NCBI GenBank assembly: GCA_965217195.1
Contig: CBDCHL010000001.1
Coordinates: 182,175-246,174, forward strand
From: Bryobacterales bacterium
GTDB taxonomy: Bacteria; Acidobacteriota; Terriglobia; Bryobacterales; UBA6623
DNA length: 64,000 nt
Reading direction: 5' to 3'
In this document: one piece after another, positions 55,251-63,905 of the stretch
Layout of the letters: each line of letters begins with the position of its first letter
Numbering within the stretch: position 1 is the first letter of the stretch
Notes under the pieces: model-generated
What the model was told of the DNA's origin: nothing
Database searches by the model: none
The model's input: only the letters and a program-made list of their open reading frames with translations
Translations under genes and position numbers: made by a program

Positions 55251-56348
55251 CTACGAATCGGGACGGTGACTCCGTGCCGGACTCGCTGCCGTGGGGCCGC
55301 TCACAGGTTTGAGTTCGGCGGCATCGAGCCCTTGGAGGACTTCTTCGTCCGCTACCCGTTGACCCGTCCATCCCGTGTTTGCCGTCAGGTCTGTGATACG
55401 AGTCCGGACGACACAGAGCTGGATTCGGTCATTCACAGCCTGCCCCAGTTGTTGTTTGCAGCCGATATAACGTTCGGTCGTCAGCACCGAGGCGTGACCG
55501 AGCAGAAACTGGATCTGCTCCAACTCTCCACCCGCTTCATGACACAGCCTGGCGCAGGTGCGTCTCAGGTCATGGGGAGAAAGCTTCTGAATCCCCGCTC
55601 GCTGGGCACACTGCTTGACGACGTACCAGACCACATTCTGCGTCAATCCATGTCCCCACATCACGCCGTTCTTGCGGATCGCCCGGAACAGCCGGCCTTC
55701 CGTGATCTCCGCCGAGCAGACCCACTCATCCACCGCCTGCTTGACCCAACCCGGCATGGGCACCGTACGCACGCGGCCTCCCTTGCCGATCAGGTCAAGG
55801 ATCACCCAGTGCTGCTCCCGCTGTTGGATCTGATCCACGTCCAATTCGACCAGCTCGGAACGTCGTAATCCGCAGCCGAGCAGCAGACCCAGCATAGCGG
55901 CGTCCCTCTTGCCCCGGAGCGTATCGGTGCTGACAGCACTCAGCAGGCGCTGACCCTCGTCAGAAGTGAGCCAGTTGCCCATACGGCGACCCAACTGCTT
56001 GACGCCGCGGACCCGTCGAATGCCCGCGATGAGATCCGGGCTGAGCAGGCCGCTGTCGGCGGCTTCGGTAGCAAGACGGCGAACAGCCGCCATACGAACG
56101 TTGATCGTGGCAGCGGCCAGACGCAGACTTTCCAGGCGGAGGCGAAAGCGGAGCACGACGGCACGGTTGAGAGCCAGTCGCGGCTCCGAACAGTACCAGG
56201 CGATGAACTCCTCGATGGCACGGCCGTAGGACCGGCGAGACTGCAGAGACCCGAGAGTGTTGAGGACGCCGGCCTTGGCCTGTTCGAGTTCGGGCAAGGT
56301 GGGAGATTTCCTCCGCCGACGAGTACGTCGATGAGTCGATTGATTCAT
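55251..56348 (-). CDS. Tyrosine-type site-specific recombinase/integrase (apparently intact)
   Basis: ..GCGLRRSELVELDV (box I Arg), ..GKGGRVRTVPMP.., ..LSPHDLRRTCARLCHEAGG (HxxR), ..LLGHASVLTTERYIG (catalytic Tyr). The C-terminal tail is about 55 aa longer than I would expect. Confidence 0.85.
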   Translation of the reverse strand: MNQSTHRRTRRRRKSPTLPELEQAKAGVLNTLGSLQSRRSYGRAIEEFIAWYCSEPRLALNRAVVLRFRLRLESLRLAAATINVRMAAVRRLATEAADSGLLSPDLIAGIRRVRGVKQLGRRMGNWLTSDEGQRLLSAVSTDTLRGKRDAAMLGLLLGCGLRRSELVELDVDQIQQREQHWVILDLIGKGGRVRTVPMPGWVKQAVDEWVCSAEITEGRLFRAIRKNGVMWGHGLTQNVVWYVVKQCAQRAGIQKLSPHDLRRTCARLCHEAGGELEQIQFLLGHASVLTTERYIGCKQQLGQAVNDRIQLCVVRTRITDLTANTGWTGQRVADEEVLQGLDAAELKPVSGPTAASPARSHRPDS

Positions 56349-56421
56349 AGCTAAGCGGCCTCCTAATGCCGCCTGCCCAAGCTAGAATCTTTCGAGGTGG
56401 AAGTGTCGCAGCCGATCGCTG

Positions 56422-56551
56422 TCGAGAAATGATTTCGCACTCGACAATCGGCGGTGAGGGATCCCTCACAAAGAGGTCAGACTGACGGCAACCCACGCCG
56501 CCTCAGGCACCTGGGGACGAAGAAATGTCATAGTTCATGACATCGATTGTT
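56422..56551 (-). repeat. 130-bp structured repeat, copy 2, directly upstream of the integrase gene on its coding strand
   Basis: The reverse complement aligns with 44039..44167. Contains ATGTCA-n7-TGACAT, a perfect 16-bp palindrome GTGAGGGATCCCTCAC, and the hairpin TGTCGAG-13 nt-CTCGACA. Ends 74 nt before the integrase ATG (56348). Confidence 0.85.
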
Positions 56552-56751
56552 ATCACCAGCTATCATCTGTCAGTACAACCACGGCGTGTTCAACGAGGGT
56601 GTTTCCACACAGGGGCCATGCCCCGCGCCACATCGGCACCTACGAAAAAGCCGAGCCTCGCTAAGCAAAAACCATAGTGATGCGCGGCAACGTCACGCGC
56701 AAGGGACCAAGAACACACATGGTCACGGTGGAGTTGTTGCCACGCGGCCCG

Positions 56752-57147
56752 TTACTGCTGGTCCGCTCTGCCGAGCGTTTCGGCTTCCATCACCCGGGCG
56801 CCGCGCATGATGCCCCTGAAGGAATAATTCGCTTCGTGGCAGGCGTACTCTCGTAGACTCGGTTGTCCGTTGCCGGCCAGACGTAGCAGCACAGGCGGTC
56901 GAGCACAAATTTGACGAACTCGGTTACCGGTTGACCTGATATCTCTGGTTCCGCGGCAGTGACGCCCGTGCCTGTATGCGCGTACTTCACGCGCGCCAGC
57001 GTCCATCCCGTGTGTTCGATGGCGTTGCGGCTTTCGACCAGGCGTCCGGGACCAGGTGCGGGTGTGCCGCACATATTCCGCCAGCAGCGGGTCCGTGGCC
57101 TGAAGGGCAGCGATGCCCGCTTCAAACGCACCCTGCTGCTTGAACAC
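56752..57147 (-). pseudogene. Unidentified gene remnant spread over at least 2 frames
   Basis: ..FKQQGAFEAGIAALQATDPLLAEYV.., ..VTEFVKFVLDRL.. and the tail ..YACHEANYSFRGIMRGARVMEAE.. sit in overlapping minus ORFs 56752..57147 and 56790..57236. No family assigned. Confidence 0.3.
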
Positions 57148-57351
57148 TTGACGAGCTCAAACGCCTCATTGCCGCGATCACCAACAAGCGCGACCGCGCC
57201 TTGTTCTGATCGCCTATCGGCACGGGCTCCGAGCAAGCGAAGTCGGCCTCTTGCAGCTCCCTGACCTTGACCTCAAGCGCCTGACCATCCACGTGCACCG
57301 GCTCAAAGGATCCCTCTCCGGCGTCCATCCCTTGCAGCCGGACGAAGCCTA
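57144..57351 (+). pseudogene. Tyrosine integrase remnant, 5' half (1-nt deletion near 57206; interrupted after ..HPLQPDEA)
   Basis: ..DELKRLIAAITNKRDRALF / LIAYRHGLRASEVGLLQLPDLDLKRLTIHVHRLKGSLSGVHPLQPDEA (box I region). The N-terminal domain is missing. Confidence 0.75.
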
Positions 57352-57421
57352 AGCCCTCAATAAAAGGGTTTGCAGGATCATCTTGCTAGGATGAAATCCT
57401 GATCCAACCTAGCGGAGTTCC

Positions 57422-58582
57422 GTGATGAAGAAGCACCTTGTCGTTGCCCTTTCTCTTGCCGCCCTCGGCGCGGTCGCCCTCGCCGAGCAGAATGCGCAAA
57501 CCGTCAAAAACGTTGTCGTCTACCAAGAGAAAGGTCGCTTCGGCGGGTGGCCTGCCAATCACGGGATCTGGTCGTGGGGGGACGAAATCGTGGTCGGCTT
57601 CGAGGCCGGACACTATAGCCGCAGCGAGCGCGGCCACGCGATTGACTACAACCGCCCGGCCGAACACTTCCTGGCGCGCAGCCTCGACGGCGGCGAAACC
57701 TGGAAACTCGAAAAACCCGCAAGCCTGCTGCCCCCGCCGGCAACGAAAATGGCCAATGTACCCACCGAGGAAGGCGGCAAACCGGCCGGCGACTGTCCCG
57801 GCGGCATCGACTTCACCCACCCCGACTTCGCCATGACGCTTCGCATGGCGAGCAATCAAAACGGACCTTCACGTTTCTACTACTCCTATGATCGTGGAAA
57901 GTCGTGGACCGGCCCGTTCAAGTTTCCCGACTTCGGCGAAGCCGGCGTCGCCGCGCGCACCGACTATCTAGTCAACGGAAAGCACGACCTGACGGCTTTC
58001 ATCACCCTTTCCAAGCCCAACGCTCGTGAAGGCCGTCCGGCATGTGTTCGTACGCGCGACGGAGGAAAGACCTGGCAAATCATGGCGTTCATCGGCCCCG
58101 AGCCGCCCGGCCGGGACTACGCCATCATGCCGTCGTCGGTTAGGCTGTCCGAAAACAGCATCTTGACCGTCTTTCGGAGGCGGCATTGGATCGAAGCCTG
58201 GCGTTCCGACGACGGCGGTCGCTGGTGGTCGTTCAAGAATATTCCGGTTCCCGATACCGGTCGCGACAGTCCGCCCAGCATGGTGAAGCTCCGCGACGGT
58301 CGTCTCGCCGTTACCTACGGATATCGCGCGGAACCCTACGGGATTCGAGCCCGGCTGAGCTCCGACAACGGCGAGACCTGGAGCTCGGAGGTTATCTTGC
58401 GTCAAGACGGGGGCAACTGGGACCTGGGGTATCCCCGCACCGTTCAACGCAGTGACGAGAAACTCGTGACCGTCTACTACTACAACAACAATGCCGACGC
58501 CGAACGCTACATCGGCGGAACCATCTGGGACCCAGGGAAGGGAAGCGGCTTGGCGCGGGAGGCCGGGGCGGCGTCGCGGTGA
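57422..58582 (+). CDS. BNR/Asp-box repeat protein (exo-alpha-sialidase / GH33-like), secreted
   Basis: Signal MMKKHLVVALSLAALGAVALA. Asp-boxes SLDGGETW, SYDRGKSW, TRDGGKTW, SDDGGRWW, SSDNGETW. Confidence 0.75.
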   Translation: MMKKHLVVALSLAALGAVALAEQNAQTVKNVVVYQEKGRFGGWPANHGIWSWGDEIVVGFEAGHYSRSERGHAIDYNRPAEHFLARSLDGGETWKLEKPASLLPPPATKMANVPTEEGGKPAGDCPGGIDFTHPDFAMTLRMASNQNGPSRFYYSYDRGKSWTGPFKFPDFGEAGVAARTDYLVNGKHDLTAFITLSKPNAREGRPACVRTRDGGKTWQIMAFIGPEPPGRDYAIMPSSVRLSENSILTVFRRRHWIEAWRSDDGGRWWSFKNIPVPDTGRDSPPSMVKLRDGRLAVTYGYRAEPYGIRARLSSDNGETWSSEVILRQDGGNWDLGYPRTVQRSDEKLVTVYYYNNNADAERYIGGTIWDPGKGSGLAREAGAASR

Positions 58583-58707
58583 CGAAGTCGGCCGCCCGGG
58601 AAACCAACCCGCAACGAACCTCAACCCGTCCTCGGGCCCCCGCCAACCAGAATCATAGCCCCGAGCGAAAGCGACGGGCCATAGACCTCAATTCCGCTCA
58701 AAGCCTA

Positions 58708-58866
58708 CCTGCGCTCCCGCAAGCTCGACTCCCCTGTCCTGTTCTTGAGCAACCGTGGCGACCCCATCAGCCGCAAGACCCTCGACTGGCTCATCAAGAA
58801 GTACGGGCGGCAAGCGAAACTACCTCCTGACAAGTTGCACTTCCACGCCCTCAAGCACTCCATCGA
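58708..58866 (+). pseudogene. Tyrosine integrase remnant, 3' continuation (truncated before the catalytic Tyr)
   Basis: (Y)LRSRKLDSPVLFLSNRGDPISRKTLDWLIKKYGRQAKLPPDKLHFHALKHSI (box II HxLKHS). In frame with the 5' half if 57352..58707 is removed. Confidence 0.75.
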
Positions 58867-59280
58867 TCGCATGAACAATCCCGCGCCCCAGCGTGAACAC
58901 GGCCTTCCTGAGTGCACGGTAGTAGCTCCGGGCGGTCTTGGCTGAGGCTTGATCTTTGGGCCTGGACCCCGCCAAAAGTAGGATGGAATGGTTGCATCAC
59001 AGCCGTGGACGGGCTACGCTACCAGGCGGCGAGACCCAAAACTGAAACCCTTCCTCAAATGCTTCGCCCCCTCCTGCTGATCGCTTTCTTCCTGGCCTTG
59101 GCATTTGCCGGCACCGTTGACTCACATTCGAGAACTGGGAAACTTTTCTCCCCGACGGCGGCTGATTCGGCCACGTAAAGCGCTAGGATTGCAACCAGGA
59201 ACACCTCCCGCCGTTCGCTGTCTCGCTCTGTTCGGATGGCACCGATGTTGCCGAACAGCAGATGCTTCAAGTTTGATCCT

Positions 59281-59316
59281 GCGCCGCCTGCGCCGCCTGC
59301 GCCGCCTGCGCCGCCT
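59281..59316. repeat. Tandem repeat, 9-bp unit GCGCCGCCT x4
   Basis: Read directly. Encodes (APP)n in ORF 59236..59448, or poly-Arg on the other strand. Confidence 0.9.
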
Positions 59317-59431
59317 CCCGCAACCCCGACTCCGCATGTAAATGTCGATGAAGGTGCGCATGCCGCTGCCGAGGCGCTGCTTCCGGTGGTTGACGAAATG
59401 AGCAGCTCCGAACCTGAACTAGAATGGGGCC

Positions 59432-59842
59432 ATGGAACCCAACCTTGAAGACGAAGTGAACGAGGCCGCGGCTATGAAGACATCCGGCGGGATGGTGAAA
59501 AACCTGGCCGATCAGGTGGAAGCGGTTATGGCATCGCTCCGTCGGGGCGGAGAGTTGGACGACAAGGAGCTCCGGCAACGGTTGCTGGTGACGGGGGACT
59601 TGGCGCTGCGGGAGTTGGTAGAGCTGGTGCCGCGTGTGCCGATTCGGACTCGGGCGCGGATTTTGGAAACGCTGGTGAAGCTGGCGGCGCAGGAGTCGAA
59701 CAAGATGGCCGGGCAGCACACGCACCACCACACGCACATGGAGAAGCACGAGCATGTGCATTGGGAGGGGTCGCAGCTTCAGGCAGCGGCCAAGGCGGCC
59801 GAGGAGCAGGACCGGTTAAGGGAGAGGACGGTAGAGGGGTAA
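59432..59842 (+). CDS. Hypothetical protein with His-rich stretch (HTHHHTHMEKHEHVH)
   Basis: A 136-aa ORF with helical-looking sequence. No recognisable family. Confidence 0.4.
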   Translation: MEPNLEDEVNEAAAMKTSGGMVKNLADQVEAVMASLRRGGELDDKELRQRLLVTGDLALRELVELVPRVPIRTRARILETLVKLAAQESNKMAGQHTHHHTHMEKHEHVHWEGSQLQAAAKAAEEQDRLRERTVEG

Positions 59843-60196
59843 CGCCGGAAGTCGTCAAGTCCGAGCGTGAGCCGCATGCCGCTTGGGGTCGCGGTCGCGA
59901 ATAGCCATCGGCCCGAGCTTCACAGGGTTCAAACAAACAGAGACCCGGAGGGTCACCGGCGGCCGAGGATCATCGACAAGCCGTACCAGCTTCTGCAGCG
60001 ACGCCGACGCTTCGCGCAACAGGTTCGCGCCCAACCTCGTCAAGAAAAAGGTTCGCACAGAGTTGGGCAGGAAGATGAGGGTTGAGGTACGCGCTAGCGT
60101 GTAGAATTCACCCGGATTCCTTGCGGGCACAGGTCGGGGGGGGGTATCCCGCCGCATGTCCGGCGAGCCCCATCTGTTGCTTGAGGAGCCTTCAAG

Positions 60197-60421
60197 TCAG
60201 CCTGGAGACCGCACGGCGTCGAGGATCATTCGGACGGTGATCAAAGCCTCTTCCTCGGACAAAAAGCACTTGCCGTCAACGAGCGGGTTATTCCAGCCTT
60301 GCGGTATCACGACCCATCGGCCACCCTCTTTGACCACATGCGCGAAGACAGGGCACGGAGAATCTTCCCTTTCGCTGAATGCGATTCGTCCGTCCAGAGT
60401 CCTCCATTCGCTGTACGTCAC
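60197..60421 (-). CDS. Small hypothetical protein (74 aa)
   Basis: MTYSEWRTLDGRIAFSEREDSPCPVFAHVVKEGGRWVVIPQGWNNPLVDGKCFLSEEEALITVRMILDAV has protein-like composition. No family. Confidence 0.35.
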   Translation of the reverse strand: MTYSEWRTLDGRIAFSEREDSPCPVFAHVVKEGGRWVVIPQGWNNPLVDGKCFLSEEEALITVRMILDAVRSPG

Positions 60422-60595
60422 GCGAATACTGGTGGATACGGTAACTCAAAAGACTCACATTCCGGCTCTTGGGAACCGATTTTCCGAAATCGGAACAGCT
60501 TCTTAGGTTCCGTCCGGCCCGACTTCCCTCAGGTTTTTGGGACACCGGGACGGTACTTACGGCCTGTTGACTTGGGGGTGTCGGCGGGTGCCTGA

Positions 60596-61207
60596 TTGCT
60601 AAGAGGCGCATTTTGTCCAACCGGGCGTGCGTCCTCGCCCCCGATCCGATTGAAGACCCGCCACCTCGTCGTGACTGTCTTAACTGTGTTGCTGAGTCTG
60701 CTTCTGATGATGGCGGCCACACTGGGACTGTGCCTGGTGCGTCTGAATCGTCCTGATCCACATGTTCTCGACAAGCCGGATGAGTTGCTTGCCGAGTGTA
60801 CGAACTTGGACGGCTACGCTCCGATGGCGAGGTTGTTTTCGGGAATCGACCGTGATTTCCTTCGGAACCGCCCACCCCGGTTGATCCGAAATCTGCGGCG
60901 GGGCCGCCGGCGGGCGATGCTTCTCTTCCTCGGTGATGTGCGGCGTGATTTCCAGCGAGCTTGGTCGGTGTGTTGGCTGTTGGCACCGCTGAACGACGAT
61001 CCCGACCTTCCCGCTATGTTGTGCCGCCAACTGGCGGCCTTCTACATCCGTTATTCTCGGCTCCGCCTGCGGTGCCTGGTCGGTCCCAATGGACACGTAG
61101 CGGTAGACGTTGAGGAGGTAGTGGGAGCGCTCCGCAGCCTGCAAACAAGTGCCGCTCAAGTACTAGAGGTAGCCCAAGCCCGCGCATGTGAAGCAGCAAG
61201 CGCCTAA
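60596..61207 (+). CDS. Hypothetical membrane-anchored protein
   Basis: One TM helix (LVVTVLTVLLSLLLMMAATLGLCLV), then a soluble Arg-rich domain. The antisense ORF 60288..60986 is judged a shadow. Confidence 0.4.
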   Translation: MLRGAFCPTGRASSPPIRLKTRHLVVTVLTVLLSLLLMMAATLGLCLVRLNRPDPHVLDKPDELLAECTNLDGYAPMARLFSGIDRDFLRNRPPRLIRNLRRGRRRAMLLFLGDVRRDFQRAWSVCWLLAPLNDDPDLPAMLCRQLAAFYIRYSRLRLRCLVGPNGHVAVDVEEVVGALRSLQTSAAQVLEVAQARACEAASA

Positions 61208-61478
61208 ACGGAGGGTGTTAAATCCGCACATCGTGTGAGGCACTCTCGGAGGCGCTCCGCGGCCCGCTGGTCCGGCCAAAAACAACCCGATTTTCGGGGT
61301 GTCCATTGGTCGGGGGGTAAGTCTATCGTTCAGCCTGATCGCGCTTTTTGGGGCCCGTCGAGTATGGGACCCATCCTACGAGGGACCCGCTCGGATGTCG
61401 AAAGCGATCAGCGGAGCATCGGCGGTATTCATTGGAACCGCGACAGAATCCGCTGGGCGGCCGAAAGCGTCGTCGTCC

Positions 61479-62171
61479 TCACCGAAGCCCGTCAGCCACC
61501 TGGCCCCGCCCCTTGCCGGTGAGAATCTTGTTCACCGTTAGCCCCCACCACTGTTTCCCCCGCCGGGGTTTGATGCCGTCCTCGTTGAGCTGGCGGGCGA
61601 TGCGGTCGAACCCCATTCCCTGAGCTCTCAGCGCTTTCATGCGCTCTATCACGGCCTTCTCGCCGGTATAGTAGCCGTACGGCTTTGCGCCTTCACACCG
61701 GCCCGTACGCGCCTTCTTACGGAGCCGTGCGGCGCGTAGCTTGGTGACAATCATGGCCTTGTCGTATTGTGCGACCGCACCCATCATCTGGCGCAACAGT
61801 ACCCTGGTCGGGTCGTTGGCCATCAGGTCGGGCTCGGCAACCGAAACGAGCGTGAATCCGTGCTTTGCAAGGTCGGCAAGGATGGTTTCCTGAATCAGCA
61901 AATCGCGTGCGAGCCGGTCAAGACGCTCGACGATGATGGCATTGACTCCGTTACCGTGAAGGGCTTCGAGTAACTCGGTGAAAGCGGGACGGGTCGTAGA
62001 TTCAGCCGCTCCGCTGACGCCTTCCTCCCTGAAAATCCGCACCACTCGAATGCCGTTCTGCTCCGCGTATTGGCGAATCGCGGCACTTTGTCGGCGGAAA
62101 CCGTCACCTTTGAGCTGACTTCGTCCGCTCACCCGTACATAGCCGAACGCTCTGCTCACGGTCCGAAGCAT
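61479..62171 (-). CDS. Serine recombinase (resolvase/invertase-type catalytic domain)
   Basis: Start at ATG 62171: MLRTVSRAFGYVRVSGRSQ (catalytic Ser motif), ..IIVERLDRLARDL.., ..RAARLRKKA.GRCEG.KPYGY.. and a C-terminal HTH-like ..GFDRIARQLNEDGIKPRRGKQW. Confidence 0.8.
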   Translation of the reverse strand: MLRTVSRAFGYVRVSGRSQLKGDGFRRQSAAIRQYAEQNGIRVVRIFREEGVSGAAESTTRPAFTELLEALHGNGVNAIIVERLDRLARDLLIQETILADLAKHGFTLVSVAEPDLMANDPTRVLLRQMMGAVAQYDKAMIVTKLRAARLRKKARTGRCEGAKPYGYYTGEKAVIERMKALRAQGMGFDRIARQLNEDGIKPRRGKQWWGLTVNKILTGKGRGQVADGLR

Positions 62172-62223
62172 AACGCGGCATCGCACGACTGTCAATAACT
62201 ATTCTTAAGATAAATAATCAACA

Positions 62224-62804
62224 TTGAAAACAACGGACTTACGCCAAGGCCGTTGCCAAGGAACCGCCACCGTGGACTTGCTCGCGCAAGCCCTGGCGCG
62301 GCGAATCTACCACGTCACGCCGGAGCCGGAGCGTGACGCGAAGAAAAAGCGGCTCGCGAAAATCCTGTCGGTTTCCGAGCGCACCATTCGCGACTGGCTC
62401 TCGCGCATCGACAAGGACTCGAAAGAGGCGCGAAACAAGCGGATCTTTGAGCTTTGGCTGGCTTGTTGGACACAGCAGCAGATCGCGAAATCTGTCGAGG
62501 TTGATCAGAAAACCGTTCACAACGTTTTAGGAGAAATGGCAACCTGCCAAAACTCCTGAGATCCGCTGCCGAGCATTCCGACTTCGAGCCGGAGCTTTAC
62601 GACGTTTGGAAGCAGCAGAGCAAGTCGAACGGAACCGGCCACTTCGGGAATTCAGAGGTTCGCTGGCTCGACAACCTTCTTTACCGCTATACGAAGACAT
62701 TCGGCGTAGTCGTCGATCCATTTGCCAGCGGCGGCTCCACCGTGGGAGTGGAGGAGGGGAGGCGCGGTTCCCGATCGGAACGCAAGGCGCTAATACTAAT
62801 TTAG
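62224..62804 (+). pseudogene. DNA methyltransferase-like gene (HTH/ParB-like N-terminus plus N6/N4 MTase motif I), frameshifted near 62530-62545 and C-terminally degenerate
   Basis: ..ILSVSERTIRDWLSRI..KRIFELWLACWTQQQIAKSVEVDQKTVHNVL.. then, in another frame, ..PELYDVWKQQSKSNGTGHFGNSEVRWLDNLLYRYTKTFGVVVDPFASGGST (DPFxGxGxT). Confidence 0.6.
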
Positions 62805-62997
62805 AAACCTCACTCAACTAGCTACCCAACCCTACGGAGGGGTAAGCAGCTCGCAGGCGTCACTATAAAGCCCCCCCGACGGTTGTGTAAACGCCGAATC
62901 GAGGCGTGCACAGCTCGAAAAGCCGTGCGGGGTGCGCAGGGTTCGGCCGGACTGAAGCGGCTCGAAGGGGGTGTTGTTGGCCGCGTTCCGTGTAGGT

Positions 62998-63093
62998 GTG
63001 TATGGTTGTGTAGGGTTTCTCTCTTCTCTTATACGCGCGCGCGGGTAAGGGGAAGTTTCCGGAAAACCCTTCAACCATGCACAAACCATACAC
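62998..63093. other. Long imperfect hairpin / repeat-rich non-coding element with a central (CG)5 tract
   Basis: GTGTATGGTT (62998-63007) pairs with AACCATACAC (63084-63093). GGGTTTC (63013-19) pairs with GAAAACCC (63062-69). cgcgcgcgcg is in the middle. Internal direct repeats are GTGTAGG x2 and AACCAT(G/A)CAC x2. Confidence 0.6.
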
Positions 63094-63173
63094 TGGGGGT
63101 AGTCGGGGGGGCCGGAGGTGAAGCTTGGCAAAACGGACCCCATCACAACCAGCAGGTGGACCGGTGACGGTCC

Positions 63174-63785
63174 GTGCGAGGCGGCGCGACTCCGAAAGCC
63201 TGGGGCCGAGCCCTCGATGGATCCCGGAAGCAACATACCTCATCAAACGGTACGGGACGGTTGAGGCGGCGATCCCTCATGCCTTCCCCGGATGGGCGGC
63301 CAACAAGGAATTTCGGTCCATCTTGGGGAAGTACTCGGGCAGACTATCAATTTCTCCAAAGCAAGTTGGGCGATGTGGAGCGGTGGTGTGAGCTGGCCGA
63401 CAAGGATCCCGAGGGGTTCGAGCGGGCATTGCCCGTATTCCTCAACAGCGTCGGCCTGTGTCTTCGACTCCTTTGTGGAAGCAAGAGTGCCGTGCGATCA
63501 CGAGGAAGACCCAGTAAGCGTTTAGATCGCGACAGGGCGGTCTACATGCTGTACGTTCTGGATCTGGCCGAGTACGACGAGTCCGCCAGTACCGATTACA
63601 ACTTCGCAACCCTCGCCCGGCGGTACAACGAACTCTACGAGCCGAGCAAGCTTCTCAGCCGACATCAGGTGAGCAACATCGTCCATCGGGAAACAGATCG
63701 GGAAATTGAAGATTTGGCCCACATCATGACCGACGCTCCGCCGGGGATGGACCCCGACGCGATGCCTCCTCCACCTCTACGGTAG
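63174..63785 (+). CDS. Hypothetical protein (possibly the frameshifted continuation of ORF 63125..63391)
   Basis: ..YQFLQSKLGDVERWCELADKDPEGFERALPVFLNSVGLCLRLL..AVYMLYVLDLAEYDES.. The upstream ORF also looks coding (..ATYLIKRYGTVEAAIPHAFPGWAANKEFRSILGKYSG). Confidence 0.4.
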   Translation: MRGGATPKAWGRALDGSRKQHTSSNGTGRLRRRSLMPSPDGRPTRNFGPSWGSTRADYQFLQSKLGDVERWCELADKDPEGFERALPVFLNSVGLCLRLLCGSKSAVRSRGRPSKRLDRDRAVYMLYVLDLAEYDESASTDYNFATLARRYNELYEPSKLLSRHQVSNIVHRETDREIEDLAHIMTDAPPGMDPDAMPPPPLR

Positions 63786-63905
63786 CCTTGATTTCGCCAC
63801 GCTTGACCCGCGCGTCACGAAATTCGTTTTTGTTTTCGTGACGGTCTTCGAGTGCCCTTACCGTTAAGAGAAATACAAGATTTTCTTCTTTCGGAGGTGG
63901 CCATC

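Noticed and set aside
57352-58707. Integron gene-cassette interpretation of the sialidase insertion.
   Set aside because: I could not find an attC-like imperfect palindrome with RYYYAAC/GTTRRRY cores at the 3' end of the insert. There is also no attI/intI context. The mechanism is left open.
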